Of a stretch of DNA of 64,000 nt, positions 43,029-57,859 are shown in pieces. Position 1 is the first letter of the stretch, and each line of letters opens with the position of its first letter. The stretch is from assembly GCF_009914755.1 (NCBI RefSeq), contig NC_060927.1; one strand, 5' to 3'. The notes below the pieces were generated by a model. It saw only the letters and a program-made list of their open reading frames with translations, did no database searches and was not told the DNA's origin. Both the position numbers and the translations under genes were made by a program. The DNA is from the human T2T-CHM13v2.0 reference genome, Homo sapiens.

Positions 43029-46000
43029 ACTTAAACTTCTAGCAATGATCTGTCAAGTCTCTTCATCTCATCACATAAGTCGGCATGTAATATTCACAAA
43101 AGACCAATCCAACCTCTGAAAACGAAATGCTCATTTTGGGGAAGTGACTTAACTCTTCCAGCTCATCTCTGTCCCTCTTAATAAAAAAGGAAAAATAAAA
43201 ATAAATATAATAAATATTATTTTTAATACGTGGTTATTCAGTCTCAGAATATTATTGTACCTTAAAATGAAAAAAGCTAATATATTGAGTATCTTTTTCA
43301 CATACTTTGGGAATTAAAATAACATCTTTAATATTTGGAAATGAAAGGGAAGAAAGAAAATTTGATATCAACTATAACCAGGATCATTTTAGTGTAAATA
43401 TGTCAATGGAAATGAAAATCCAAAAATAGAAATATGCAATAAAAAGCTACACCCGTATGTCTCACCTAAAGTATTTTACCAAGGCTGAAGAGTAGATCAT
43501 TAAATTACTTGTAGGCTACAGCTGAAAATATGACCCTCTGACAACCAAACTTATTGTTAATACAACTGACACTGAATTTAGGAGAAAGATTAATTCAACC
43601 CTCTGTACCTGACATCCAAAAAGCAAACAAACAAAAATAAATAAAACAAAATCAATAATGAAGACTTAGAACACTTATAATCAAGGAAGATGATAGAAGA
43701 TTGTAGCAATAACATGTTTTAATGTTCTTTATCTGAAAAACAGGTAGACTGTTTGCTGATTTCCAAGACTATACATCTTTCCCAAAACGGTTTCTTGAGA
43801 AAGCTGTCCACCCTGAAGGGAGTAGGAGATATTTTCAATAATGGCCTAAAATTTATGCATTTCATTGGATTGAGTCACTGGAGATATAACTGGGCCCCAT
43901 TTCTCATGCATATATTCATGGTAAAATGTACTCCTGCCAAACCATGGGAAATTAAGGCTTCAGAAGGTGAATAAAGAAACTTAGAATACAAGTATAAAAT
44001 TATGAGTTTAAAACTTATAAAGATAATAGTTTTTTTCTATAGATAGAGCAAGCAAGATATTTTCTTGACACAAATCTATCATGACAGAACTGGCAATCTA
44101 ATCTTAATCGCTCCTCCCAGTGAAAGAGTAAACAAAAATGGTTGATTGCAGCTGTGTGGACGTGGTAAAAATTCACCCACATTTCCATCACCCAGAGCAG
44201 CTCTGCTAGGCAAGAATAGGTACACACTCTAGCTCAGGTCCTTTTTTGTAACAGACACTGCTCAATGGCTCCAAATATTAAATCAATACTCATTTACTGT
44301 AGAGACCATGGCAATCTGTCAAGAAGGAAGAAGCTGTTCTGAAATGAAGGCACTGATAATTGTGACCCAATAATGCAATAGAAAAGATCCACTTGTTATG
44401 GTAATCACCAGTGGCATTCTAAATAATGTGTTCAGTTTATTTATTGCAGTACATTTTCAGAGAATGTTGCTTTCCAAGTAAGCATGCCTGGGGTGGCTCT
44501 AGGCAAAATTGTATATAAGTAACTAACTTTTTTCCCCCATGACTCACTGTCGCTCTGTAAATATGCTCATTTTACCTGTTTCTCTTTTCATTCCCTAGTT
44601 CTCAGCCTTCATCTTTCTAAGCCCATAAATTGTTGTTTTTCCAACAGTTACTTAGAACGGTAATCACCTCTAAAAACTCCACCCCCTATGACACAATTTA
44701 TAGAAAGACCTCCATTCTGCTAACTTTCTAAAACAGGAAGAACAGCACATCAATGATTAATGCATTGTCTGACACATAGGAGGTAGTTCATAACTTTTTG
44801 TAGACTGTTGTTGAATAAATACCTTTCACTAGAAATATGAGTTGTATTTGATTTAGTCCAGATGGCTATGGTGTTTTATCACGTGTTTGCTTTAGTAAAA
44901 CATAACAGTCATTCAAAGTTACAGATCTGTTTTCTTTGAAAACCATTCTCCTATAATGGCATTTGTGCATGGAACACAGTAGAAGACAAATAACATGATG
45001 TGATTTCAAAAAAATATTGGGATGGATGATGGTTGGATGGACAGCTGATATCACTCAGGGTGAAAGCTGACATTTTAGTAGCACTGATCTCCCAATGATT
45101 CCATTAGGATATACAAAATAGGAAGGACTAGCCTGTAAGTTAGTCATATACATTTTTGTCAGCCTATAAAATAAATATATCCCTTTTCAAAAACAGAGAA
45201 TCTATAATTTTAAACTACTTTGACATTTGCCATCAGTGATTCTAAGTTCTAAATTACACATATCCTGAGTATTTTTATTTTAATTAATTTTTTTTTGAAC
45301 TATGAAATTAATGTGCACCCATGAATGCCAAAAAAATGAAATAGCAAGAGAGGGCTTCTCAATCTCAGGCAAAGGCCTGGCTTCATCAGCAAAGAGGGTA
45401 AATAGTAACCGAAATGTCAAGTTGTCTCTGGCTTAAATTAAGCAAACAACAGAAGTCTTTCTTACTTCCTATAGAAGATATTTGGGAGAAATAAAGATTT
45501 TTTTTAGAAAATTGCCATACACCATTAGAGTTTAGAATTGAAATTAAAGATGAACATCATTTTGCTTACTTCGGATTGTAAACATTGAAGAAGTAGACTT
45601 TAAAAGGACTGGCTAACTTGGTGCCAAATAATTGAATGTGTGGCTATGAATACAGAAATGTTGGCATATAGGCATTACATAAGTAATCTCAAATAATTTT
45701 TTTCTATTCTTTTTTTGGATTGAAATTCAGTGTCTAGTATCTCTGAGATGAAAACAAATAAAGCTAGAGAAAAATGCTATTTTGACTCTCCTTGAATTTG
45801 AAGAGCACTGAGTTATTCCACACTGGTAAAAACTATGTCAACAGATATTCACCAACATCTCAGTGATTTAGGGCATCTTCATGATCTGAACATGGCCCAG
45901 AGTAAGTGCTTGTGAAGTGTACAGAGAGGTTAATCAAAAATGTTACAGTCACTAACCCTGCGAGCGAATAATCAGTACGTGCGGATTGGCACGGGCATAC

Positions 46001-46349
46001 TCGGAGCACAACAGATTTAACAACTGGATGCGCAGAACAATCATCTTTTACATGGTGTGTGATATTTGGGTTGTTATCCCTTATATCATTGTGAAAAGCA
46101 AGTGTGAACTGATGGAACTGTTAAAGCAGCCAAAAGAACTTCAGGAACAGAATCACTTAAATAACGTGGCTGGTGTAATGCCTATGGAGGAGTGTGATAA
46201 GGGGTCAGAGTAGATATAAAACCTCCCAAGAATCATCCTGAAGGGGTAATAAATGATTTTTACGTTACTGAACGTGACATGGTTAATGGTATGTATATTC
46301 TCTCATGTGCTAACTCAACTTGGTCTGCTTACTTGGTAAGACGTTCTCT

Positions 46350-47320
46350 GCAGTTCAACAAAGATACTTAGCTATCGCTATGTGCCACATGTTGAGGACC
46401 AATAAGTAAAATTGTGTGCCCTCAAGGAGTTAAGAGTTAATTAGAGGGAAAGCAGGCATGAAAAAGATTTAATCCAATATGCTTATAATCATAAAAAAAT
46501 GAATAAGATACAGGAATATTATATAGAGAGGCGGAAATATGTAAAGATATTGGGCTTGGGTTTGAAGGGGAAGTTCATGATCAGGAGGTTTCCCTTAGTA
46601 GGTGAAAGCCAGAAAGACATTCAGACATGACGAAGAAGCTGTTTCGGACAAAGGAAACTACAGGGAAAACCTTTTGAAACAACATGGTGGCTACGAGGAA
46701 ACATGTGAGCCAGATCTGCTGAAGTTCAAAGTATGAAGGATGAGTGAGGATAAGGGTGCAGAGACATGGGAAAGGAAACAACTGAGCTGGGAAGCGTGGG
46801 TCAGGATGACACATGTATTCATCCCAAATGAAGACAAAATAAAGGATTTCAAGCAGGTGCATGGAAAGTCAGATGTATATTTGACTTTCCAGGAAGAAAG
46901 ATTTCTCTAGCAGCAGTTAGGGAAAATTAATTTTGGGGTATGGAGAACATCAAGAATACTATCATAATAGCCCCAGTGCCTGCTGATGTGCACTTAAACT
47001 AAGGCCATGGTGCTGACGGTATCACAGTGAATACACATGTGATGCTGAAGTAGATTGAACAGAAATTTATGCCAGGATCCTATTGGTGGGGAAGATGGAG
47101 GATGGAAAGGTGGAAAGGAAGGAGAAGAGTTACTTTTGTGTTTCTGAGTGATTTCCTCATGGAAGAAAAGGACGAAAGTCAGAAGCTGAGTGACAGAATC
47201 CAGAATGAAAAGGGAGATAAGTCAAAATACACTACTAAAGGTGTTTTTAAGACTTCCAGATGGTACCAGATATCCAGTGCTACTTATAGCAAGTTTGTCT
47301 TTTAAAGAAAGATCAAGAAC
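46350..47320 (-). mobile_element. L2 LINE remnant
   Basis: TTCAACAAAGATACTTAG...CTATGTGCCA...GCCCTCAAGGAGTT...GGATTTCAAGCAG...CTCTAGCAGCAG, typical antisense L2. Confidence 0.7.
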
Positions 47321-47762
47321 AGGCAGCCTTCTTGTTTGAGTGCATAGCTCCAATATCCTTCCCTATTCCCAGAGAAATATAAATGGGGATGCACCTTGCA
47401 CATAATTCTACTATAGTTCCCTCATAATATGTCCTACTTACAGTTTATTGTATTTATTGGAACAGCTGGTAGGTTTCATTTTAAGATCAGCTAATTTACA
47501 CAACTGGGTCAAGAAAAGAGAATAGAAATGAGCAAGAGGACAGCCATAAACCTGGTACAGTTCTAAAATCTAGGACTAAAATACTGTATGGTTTATTCTA
47601 TCCCAACTTAGTTCATCTTGAATAAAGAGGCCCAGGAAAACCCAGATTCTGAGGCAAGATGCCCTTGAACCAAATAGAATCTGACTCAAACAAAAATGAC
47701 AACCTCTAGTCTCATTTTCCATTTCTACTGTAATCCTTCATCTCCTTCAAATACTTTAAAAT

Positions 47763-47832
47763 AAAGTATGCGCCAGCTTGCACGAAAAAAAAATACAGAA
47801 AGTATGTGCCAGCTTGCATGAAAAAAATACAG
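47763..47832. repeat. Tandem duplication of a 34-36 bp unit
   Basis: AAAGTATGCGCCAGCTTGCACG(A9)TACAG followed by AAAGTATGTGCCAGCTTGCATG(A8)TACAG. Confidence 0.93.
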
Positions 47833-48289
47833 AAAGAAAATAAATAACATTGATATGAAAGTGCAAATATCAAAACACAAAAAAATTTCTTAATTCTACC
47901 AAAATTATATTATTTGTATTAATCACAATTCTATATCCATTTCCAAATTGCACTCATAATATTTTGTAATAGTATGTTGAAAAACAAACAGAATTATTTA
48001 CACTAGAGAAGATAATAGAAAAAAAAGGACTTTCCAAGAGAAACCTATATTACAATAGATTGAAGTGTGACACAAATAAGAAACTTCTCTCATTCCCCAG
48101 TCTGAGATAATCTGAACTTCTTCAGAATAATATTTTATCTCTGCCTCTTGTAATGAAATTATTTCAGTGCTTTTTTTTTTTTTTACTATATAATCACTTT
48201 ATCTTCAGTTGCTTTTTTGAATTTGTACTGTGTGCCCAGTACATTTCTAAGCTTCAATGTGAAGCTAATATCTCCTATAGCATAGTTAA

Positions 48290-48410
48290 TGTTTATTCAA
48301 CAAATATTCATGAAAGGCTATCACGTACCAGGAATTGTGCTAGACCCTAAAGAAAGAATGGTATATAAAAGTAGGTACAATCTTTGTCCTCAAATAGGTT
48401 GAAGTTTGGG
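48290..48410 (-). mobile_element. L2 3' end fragment
   Basis: TTTATTCAACAAATATTCATGAAAGGCTATCACGTACCAGGAATTGTGCTAG. Confidence 0.75.
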
Positions 48411-49829
48411 GTGGGATGAGAGAGTGAAGGAATTATTCTTAAATAGAAGGTAGCACATTCTCCTTCTTCCCATTGTAATAGGAAGTGGAGGATGAAAGGG
48501 TGAATAAAAGTGTAGTCAGATTAGAATGTTTAGAGTCAGGCAGTGGAGAATATTCCTGTATGCAAAATTCTACAAAGGATAGTCATTTACTGAGAGAGCT
48601 GGAGAGAGCAGATCAGAATATTTTATTCATGTCTGTATTCTTGGCAACATGTAACACAATTCTTAGTGCATACCTAGTGTTTCTGAAATTTTGATCATAT
48701 AGATGGCTTGTAATGGGAATGACGGAGTGAAGAATTGAATGAAGGATTCTTACACTTGTACTTAGAGGGCCTGATGCTGGTAAAAAGTTAATGAAGGGTT
48801 CAGAAAATGTTAGTTCTTTAACCTGAGTGCCATCTCATCCCTGGGCTTAGTGGAATAAACGTCCACAAGATTTTGCTGTCCAGATTCCACAGCTGCAGGG
48901 AAAAGAGATGAGTTGGAAAAGAGAACTATAAAACAAAAGTCATAATACACAATAATAGAATCACTGTTTTCTGCATGTCTCTTGTTCTATTTTCTGAAAG
49001 CAGGAACATTTTGAGTGAAAACAGGTTTTATGTCCCAGCAATAAAGGGGTATAACTATAAAAATATATGTCATATCAGCAGGCATGTCTCTAAATAGAAT
49101 GTTTTACCAAGTTTCCCAAGAGTCGTCTGAGGCCCTTTAAATTATAGGGTATATGAGCTTCCCTGCAGGGCAGCCTTTGAACTACAACTCATTGTCAATC
49201 TAAAGTAAGAGTGGGAAATGAACCTTTGGAAATGAAGGGTATGTGTTCTTTGCTCAGCATTTCCAGGTTTGTTCCTTAAAATGGATGCCATCACTAAGCA
49301 AGAAAAGAGATATATAATCGGTATGGGTGAAGTGAAGCTTAATACTTTAAATTGCATTTAGTTAGAAAAAAGTTTCACATTTTAACCTAAACCTTTGCAT
49401 TCTCTTTGCCAAATTTGACTCAGGGCAAAGCAATCAAAAGCTGCCAGCAGTCACTTAAATGGACAGAACACTATAATAAGTAATTTAGAAGAGCAGATAA
49501 TCCAAAGTTCACCTCTATTTGGGTTTGTAATAACATTTTCAGCTGATTTACTTTTTAAATTATTTTTAGGTTAATATTAAAACTAATTTGCAATACTTTA
49601 AAATAACATACTAACTGGGTACCAGAGGCCTAGAAATATTCAAGACTCTAAATGGAGCCAACTTGGGTTGTTCAACATGCTGGGTACAATTCTCAAAGCA
49701 TATAATCCAAAATAGAGTGCATTTAGTATGTGCTTTTGCTTTCTCTGACTGCTGTTATTCTTGGTGATAGAACCAAGAAAATCTCCTGGTGCTTTCTCCT
49801 TTAGATTGGGCCTGTTGAGGAAGTCCTGA

Positions 49830-50065
49830 TACACAAAAATAGTCATGCACTATTATTCAAAATAGTAAAAGATTGGAGACAACTTAATGTCCAACAATAA
49901 AGGACTAGTTAAACAAATTATAATGCATCAATAAGATGGGTTTCTGTACCATTAAAATAGCATTTAGAGAGAATTTTAATGACTTGAGAAACAGCTTATG
50001 ATATACCATAAAAAGAAAAAAATTTTCACATTATAAAATTGACTATACAGCATTATAACCACTAT
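49830..50065 (+). mobile_element. Old L1ME-like 3' fragment
   Basis: AATAGTAAAAGATTGGAGACAACTTAATGTCCAACAATAAAGGACTAGTTAAACAAATTAT. Confidence 0.7.
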
Positions 50066-50069
50066 GTGA

Positions 50070-50300
50070 TTAAGAGCAAAATTGCTGAAATCTGGCTGTG
50101 TACCTTTGAATTCTGCTTGTGTCAGTTATTAGATATTTGATCTAGAATAAACTTCTTAACCTCTCTGAGCCTCAATTTCCCTATTTATAAAATGCACATG
50201 ATAATAATCTCTATCTCATAGTGTTGTTATGAGAATAAAGAGATGTTTAATGCATTCGTAAAATGCCTGGAACCAAATAAGCACAATAAATGGTACTATT
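50070..50300 (+). mobile_element. MIR
   Basis: CTTAACCTCTCTGAGCCTCAATTTCCCTATTTATAAAATG...CTCATAGTGTTGTTATGAGAAT. Confidence 0.85.
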
Positions 50301-50329
50301 TTTATTTGTTTTAAATCAACAGAAACTTG

Positions 50330-50700
50330 CTCACGCTGTTTCTTCTACCTAAAAACCTTTCCCCCTACCATCTTTTAAAATTGCCTATTAGATCCTGCTT
50401 TTCCTCTAAGATCCATCTTACATGTCATCTATACAAAGTATGAAGCTTTTGCTCAGGACAAGCTCCCTCTAGACAAAATTAATCACCCCTTCCTTTTTTG
50501 TTGTCAGAGCATTTTACAATAAACCCTTTCTCAGCATCTATGCCATAAGATATGAATCAACATGTATCTCTTTCCCCGGAGGAATGTGGAGTCCTCAAAA
50601 TTAGAGGGCATGTCTTGATCTTCTCTGTATCATCACAGCCTAACAAGTGTGACAGACAATAATTGCTCAGTCTACACTGGATTAATGAATGAATGAATGC
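50330..50700 (+). mobile_element. L2 3' end
   Basis: Ends ATGTCTTGATCTTCTCTGTATCATCACAGCC...TGCTCAGT...(TGAA)n. Confidence 0.7.
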
Positions 50701-51556
50701 AAGGTAAATTCTGTGAATGAAGCAGGCAGAGAGGAAAGATGAGACAGCAGTTTCTTTCCCTGTGACTTCCAAAGGTTCAGGTCTACTTTTTGGCCTGGAG
50801 GAACAATATTTCCAGTCTATATTTCATGACTCCAAATTCTCAGATTTCTATTTTCTATTTTCTTTCTATTGTCACCTGTCCTAAAACATAATACATGTCC
50901 TAACAACTGAAGCAGAGTGGAATAACAGAATAAAACATGAACTTAGGGGTTGAAAGCCCAGGTTCTATTGCTGACATTACCACTACGACCTTGAATAAAT
51001 CACTTTTGAACATGTAAAATGGGCATGATAATATACTATTTCAAAGGGTTAAGTATCAAAGAATGCATGTGAGAGCATTTCAGAAAAGCAGCACACAAAC
51101 GTAAGATATCATCATTAGTTCTTTTGCTGGTAAAGCTTTGCTTATTTGAAAGTCACATTTAGTAACATACATTTTACAAATTTACAGTAGCCTATAATTC
51201 TTCGACAACATTAAGGACAACTTTTCAATATTTCCCTTTGCCTCATTCTACAGCAAGGCAGTTGGAAAGATGGAGAGGTTTAAAATTGTTAAATAAAATT
51301 GTTAAATAGAGTTCCTACGGAACACAATAAAATGGGAATGTGATTCACATTAATATTTAAATATACAAACTATTCTTTGTTCTATTTATAAAGCATCAAT
51401 TAGCAATTACATTAAAATGCCCACATAATTCCTATTTAGTTGACAGCATCCTTCTTCCCATTTCATAGACATGCTGAGGCACAGCTAGGTCTAAGTATAT
51501 CATTGCAGATTACCAAGTATAATCTGGTAAAGGAATTAAGAATTACTTTCTAACCT

Positions 51557-51766
51557 AGAGCTGCACAACAGAACTTTCTGTGACAATAAAAATGTGTGAT
51601 AGTCTGCACTGTTCCATATAGTAACCGTGAGCTATGTATGACTTTTTAGCCCTTGAATTGTGATTAGTGAGATTGAAGAGCTTAATTTTTAATTTAGTTT
51701 AATTTAAATCAATTTAAATTTAAATAGCTACATTTGGCTAGTGGCTACTTACTATATGAGGAAGTG
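51557..51766. mobile_element. MER3-like hAT MITE
   Basis: AGAACTTTCTGTGACAATAAAAATG...CTGCACTGTTCCATATAGTAACC...AATTTAAATAGCTACATTTGGCTAGTGGCTAC. Confidence 0.85.
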
Positions 51767-53522
51767 AGTTTCTAACCAGTCCCTGTATTCAAGAGGACCA
51801 CTCCCCAGCTTTCACATGCAATCTAAATATAAACTTTGTATTTGTTTCTTAGCCAAATTAATGCTTTAAAAAGAACAAGAGTCTATTACTTCATGATGTG
51901 AAAGACAACTCCACACAAACCGCTGGCCATGGCCAATGTCTTTTCTCCATGGGAAGAACATTATGATTAGAGGTTGATTTAGGGGGCCTAGAATCAGAAC
52001 AAGGAAGGTGATTGGATGATGAAAATGCTTAATGACATCTGGTTACAATAGCTGGCCAAAGACATGGACTAGTGCTATTGCTAGAACACTTAGTCTGCCA
52101 GCCAAGACTTTCCTTTGATATTGTTTTTGCAAGTATTGCTGCCCTTGTTTTTGTGACTCTTCTTTCCATGGTCAACCTTTTTTGATTGGCACATCCTTCC
52201 TTCTCTATTTCTCCAAACTCACACTTGATCTGCACTGGCAGAGAGAAAGGTTTGTCTCATCTCTTTGGATTTGATTCCTCATAACTCTCAGTCCAACACA
52301 CATTTCCCCTTTTATCTACTGCAGAAATGCTAGGAAGCCACAAAAGAGAAAGAATATTTATTTTAACCCTTCTGATAAGGAAGGAACTCAATCTATCTGG
52401 GAACAGACGTTCCTTCTTTTCCTTCAGACATACCATCAAGAGCATCTTAAGGTCAGACTGTAAAATATCTTTATCTTTTCAAGGCAGTTTTTGCTCATAT
52501 TATAATCAAGGACAAGAGAAGTCACACAACTCTGGCAATGCAAGTCCTTGCAGCAGCAGGTGAGAGTGAAACTTTTAGCTACTAAAACTGCTCTTGCAAA
52601 ACTAAGTCAGGTTCTGGAAGGTGCCGATTCTCAGTCAAGATGAGATCCTTGGCTTCTCAATTTGGTGTATGAGTGATTTTGATATTCATTAAATTGACTG
52701 ACAGAGTGAGGCACAGGCAACCTTTACCTACTCACCAGCTGTCCAGTCCTGAAATGTTCTGGACTATTTTGATCCTTTAGGCTTTCTGTATATACAGCTA
52801 TTCAGATGCAGACCTTAAATCTGCCCAGAAAGATTCTTAATTATTCCAGAGCTGGCCTTTGAAGTTGTGATTCTATATTTACTAAATGATGAGTAAGTCT
52901 CCCAACGAAAGAAAAATTTCTCAAGGCAATTGGGTTCCTAATAAATGATGCCTAAAGATCTTAATGTCATAACTTTACACAAAATTGAGGTCACTAAGTT
53001 CAATTTCCTCTTTACATACTTGGAAAAATTTGGGTCCAGAAAAGTTAACTGACTTGACCAAGAACATAAAAATGTATCTAAACAAAATATTGATAGTTAT
53101 AACTTAAAATGGTGATGATGATGGTGAGGAGGAAGATGATGATAAGTTTTTTTTTTTTTTTTTAAATCATGGATATGAATAGTTCACGGATAACTAGATT
53201 ACCAGACTAGGTTACCTGAAAGATCATACTACGTAGTTTTATAGAGAAGTTTGTCAATTTAACGGCACATTGAAATAACAAGATCTATTCAAATTAGCAA
53301 GGGTTGAGGATCATCACTTACAGAATTAGTAGGTACTAGTCTAAAGCTACCGATGATCATTTGTAGAAATCATTATGTAATTTCTAAGACCTGGATAACC
53401 CTGAAAACCATAAAGATAACCTCAAACAGCCATTCTCAATTCCCATTCCTTCTCGTTGGAACTACTTCATCTTTTCTTATATTTACTTTCAATATTAAAG
53501 TCAGTAGTTTCAATATTAAAAA

Positions 53523-53692
53523 CAGTAGTTCTCAAAATTGGCTGGACATTGAAATTAGTAGAGAATTTCACTTTTTTTTTCTTTTTAATTTACAAATTCC
53601 TTAGTCTCATCCAAGAGTTCTTGGTTGCAGTCTAGGAATCCATGTTTTTAATAAATTCTCCCAAGCGATTCTGATGCAGCATTTGAGAATAT
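53523..53692. mobile_element. MER5A-like hAT MITE
   Basis: CAGTAGTTCTCAAAATTGGCTGGACATTG...AGGAATCCATGTTTTTAATAAATTCTCCCAAGCGATTCTGATGCAGC...TTTGAGAA. Confidence 0.8.
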
Positions 53693-55067
53693 CATTTATA
53701 CAGAACTGGAGTTATTTATACTTCTGGCTTTTCAACCACTACATTTTAAAAGCAGGAACAAGTTTTAATTTTATTCCTTTATGTATCTGTGTTTGAGCTC
53801 CATCCTTATTCTTTACAAGGTGACCTGTAGAAAGGTTTAGAACCGGACAACCAGACACATCTCAGCTTGGAGTCCAGCCCTGCCACTACGAGCTGGAGGA
53901 AATTATAAAACTTTTGAGACCTAGTTCCTCATATAATTGTACATAACTTAAGGGTTTGTTGTACAATTTAAATAAGGTGATGCACCTTGAAGGCAGCCTA
54001 AAACACTATGAGACCAGTCATTGCAGTAGTAGAGACAGTAGTATTAACAGTACCAGCAGTAGCAGTGGTAGTATTAGCAGTACTTGCTCAATAAATACCT
54101 TTTGATTTAACTAAGAAAGAAACTACATCTGTTAAGTAAGCCATTGGAATAATTTGAAGAAATAAAGCCCTGAGCAAGATGAATGCCTATATGAGGAGAA
54201 AATAGTGACAAGTCAATTTAATTTTCATCTCTGGTGGAGTGGAAAACCATACAGAAAAGGGAAAAGCAATAGATACAATCCATTGATCAATGATATTTTT
54301 GACTCAGTTCTATTTGGCATTCTTATCAAAAAGCTAGAAAAAGGTGGTATTGATCTGTGTAGCTAAAAATCTTTTGCTTCACCCTAAATTCGCATGTACT
54401 CCCACATTTTCCTCTCTTTATTCCCCTCCCCCAACAAATAAACTAACAAATAATCCATCAGGGTTGATCACAAAAGGTGTTTATATGGAGGCTGGCTGCA
54501 GATGGCAGGTGAATCGGACAAAAAGGGCTCCTTAGAAATGTTGGCTCAGCAACCCTGCCCATCTTTGGACTTCTCTTTCACCTCTCTAGAGGCTATGGCA
54601 TAAAATATGGGCATTAATATTCTAAGATTCATTCTGAGCACCTTTAACAGAGTCAGACACTGTGCAGCTATTAAGATAATAGCCAGTAGCATGCTCCCCT
54701 CCTTCTCTTCCCCCTTTCCATTCTGAGTTATTTACTCTCCCCATCTTCTTTGCATTTTTAAAATAATCCATTTAATTTTTTCTTTTGTATTTTTTTTCTA
54801 TCATCTATGCCTTTAACCTATTCACAATTCTCACAGGCATTTGTTAGATATGCCAGAGCATGCAGGGCTTAGCAGCTACCTACATTCCCCTCAAGAAGGG
54901 GTGCAGGTCACTAGCCTCATACCCACGCTATGGGATGTCTCTCAGGAAACTAAGGTCAACTAGAGAGCGAAAGAAGCCACCATAATACAGCAATGATGTA
55001 TGCAATGAAAACAAGAGAATAATGTTTTCATTCAAATGTTCCAAAAAATCCAATATTTGTCTTTGCA

Positions 55068-55102
55068 AGTGTGTGTGTATGTGTGTTTCTGTGTGTGTGT
55101 GT
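55068..55102. repeat. Imperfect (GT)n microsatellite
   Basis: GTGTGTGTGTATGTGTGTTTCTGTGTGTGTGTGT. Confidence 0.85.
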
Positions 55103-55904
55103 CTTCATCTGTAGACACATATCTTACTCACAAAATGCATGCATTCCACTCATGACATTGCTCTCCAACAAAATTTTTATCTAAAATGTCATTCCTCACC
55201 TTATTTTTCAGTGATGGTCTTAGTCAATGTTAAGGACGCAGTTGCACAAATACAGATCCTAAGTTCTTTGGAACAAAAACATTCTGATGAAGACCCCATA
55301 GCACAAAAACACCTTTATGAATATTTTTATTTCTAAAAATCTCAGAAGCACTCTTAAACCTCTTGCTTTGCTTAACCCATGAAGGCCTGGTTATGGAGAC
55401 AACATACTATTCCATGACTTTCTAATTTGTCCTTCAATTAATCACCACAGCTCTGCAACACTCGGCAGTACTCTGTTGGAGTCACAGGAAACAAAATGTG
55501 CCCTTCTGCTGATGAAACTTTGCTGTCTGTGGAGGTATTTTAGCCTGCTGCCTGGATAATTACATGTGTAACTCACATTAGCAATACAGAGTGACTGGAG
55601 GCGGATGCACCCAGCAAGGCCACATGGGACCCCGTATGGATGTGATGGCCCCTTGCCATCATGGGTCACTGAAGGGCAGCTGCAATAACCCTCATCCAGT
55701 TCTGCCCTCTCAATAATCTCTGGCACTGCCTGTGTTTTCTCTTATTCAAGTGAGGGCAAGCACCTTCTAGTCCACAGGGGTTGGGCACAGACTGAGACAC
55801 GAAGTCATGTGCCTTAGAAAGGTCAACGTTGGTTCATAGGCCTCTTAGAGCAAAGAAGGGCAGGAGAGAAAGAAAAACTAGCATTTATTGAAAACTTAGA
55901 ATGT

Positions 55905-56625
<721 letters not shown>

Positions 56626-57859
56626 AGAACTCATAGGCTGGTGGGAAAGACAGATGCATAAACAGATTAATTAAAGGACAAACCTGCCAAACACTTTTCA
56701 GTAACGTTAAAAAGAAAATGGCGTGAGATCTCACAGGAGAATTTACTTAGCATCCCCCATCCTGTAAAATGTGAAATAAGCCCATCTGAATGAAAGGAAA
56801 ATAAAATTCACAATGGTGTTTGTGGAAACTGGCTATGTCAGAATATAGTTATGGGTTTAACTGATAAAGACAGATAAGGTAGTTCCAGGAATCATGTTTT
56901 ACTTAGAGCTCCCCTGCCTGCGTCTGGAAGCCCTTTGAGGTTGCTGTACTGCGTGCTTAGCTGGACCATTAGTGCTGCTATTTTTAGAGCTGTCAACATC
57001 TATATAAAACTGAACTCATCCAAAAAGACCATATATAGGTTCTAAGAATGAAACATTTTTCTCTTACAAAAAGAATAAAGACCCCCACTATTCCCAGGAA
57101 TGAGAATGCAATATCAATTCTTGGGGGTTTTTTTGTTTAATAAACAATGATAATGTTTAAGCACTGTATATTGAATAAAAACATCATTGGCCCTGAAATA
57201 GAATGACCCTCAATTTCAAAACAGAATGTCCCTTCAGTTTGGCAAATCACCTCAATTTTCAGGTTTTTGCTTCAATACTGTGCTCTGATACTACAGGATC
57301 ATTACCTACCAGCTAAACTGAATGACTTTCAATTTCCCTAAACACACTTCCAGGCTTTGTAGCCTCCAGGCTTTTGCTTATTCTATCCCCTCCACCTGTA
57401 TTGTTCTTACCCATATCCCAGTTTCTATCTATCAGATTCTACCTACCAAGTCTCCAAGATGCACTCAGAGGCCTACTTCTTCCTATAGCCTCTTTAAGGC
57501 ATCAAAAATTTCCTCAGATGCAATAGGGGTCCAGTCTTATGTACACTGTCTTCTTCCAAATCCCCTTTGTCCTGTATTAGTTCTAGATACCCTCTTAAAT
57601 TGAGACCCACAGCATGTGGCACAATTATTTTAAATGGTGGGGAGGGAAATTTACATATCTATGTTAGAAATGGGGACAGAGTTAAATGGAAAAAAAAAGC
57701 TGTTAAACTCTTCAATCAGTCAATTTAGTATCCCCTATCTGACAAAGACCTAGAGAATTCTCCATTGATTACAGAAAGACAGTAGCCTGCCTTTAAATAA
57801 TTTACGCTTTAAGAAATGACACAGCTACCCAGAGAATAGTTATTTACAAATGTAAATAT

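Noticed and set aside
53165-53460. Mildly CpG-enriched stretch after a poly-T run
   Set aside because: About 5 CpGs in 300 bp, with no ORF or structure; too weak
55442-55726. 94-aa minus-strand ORF in a GC-richer patch
   Set aside because: Non-ATG start, no homology recognised, no convincing splice boundaries
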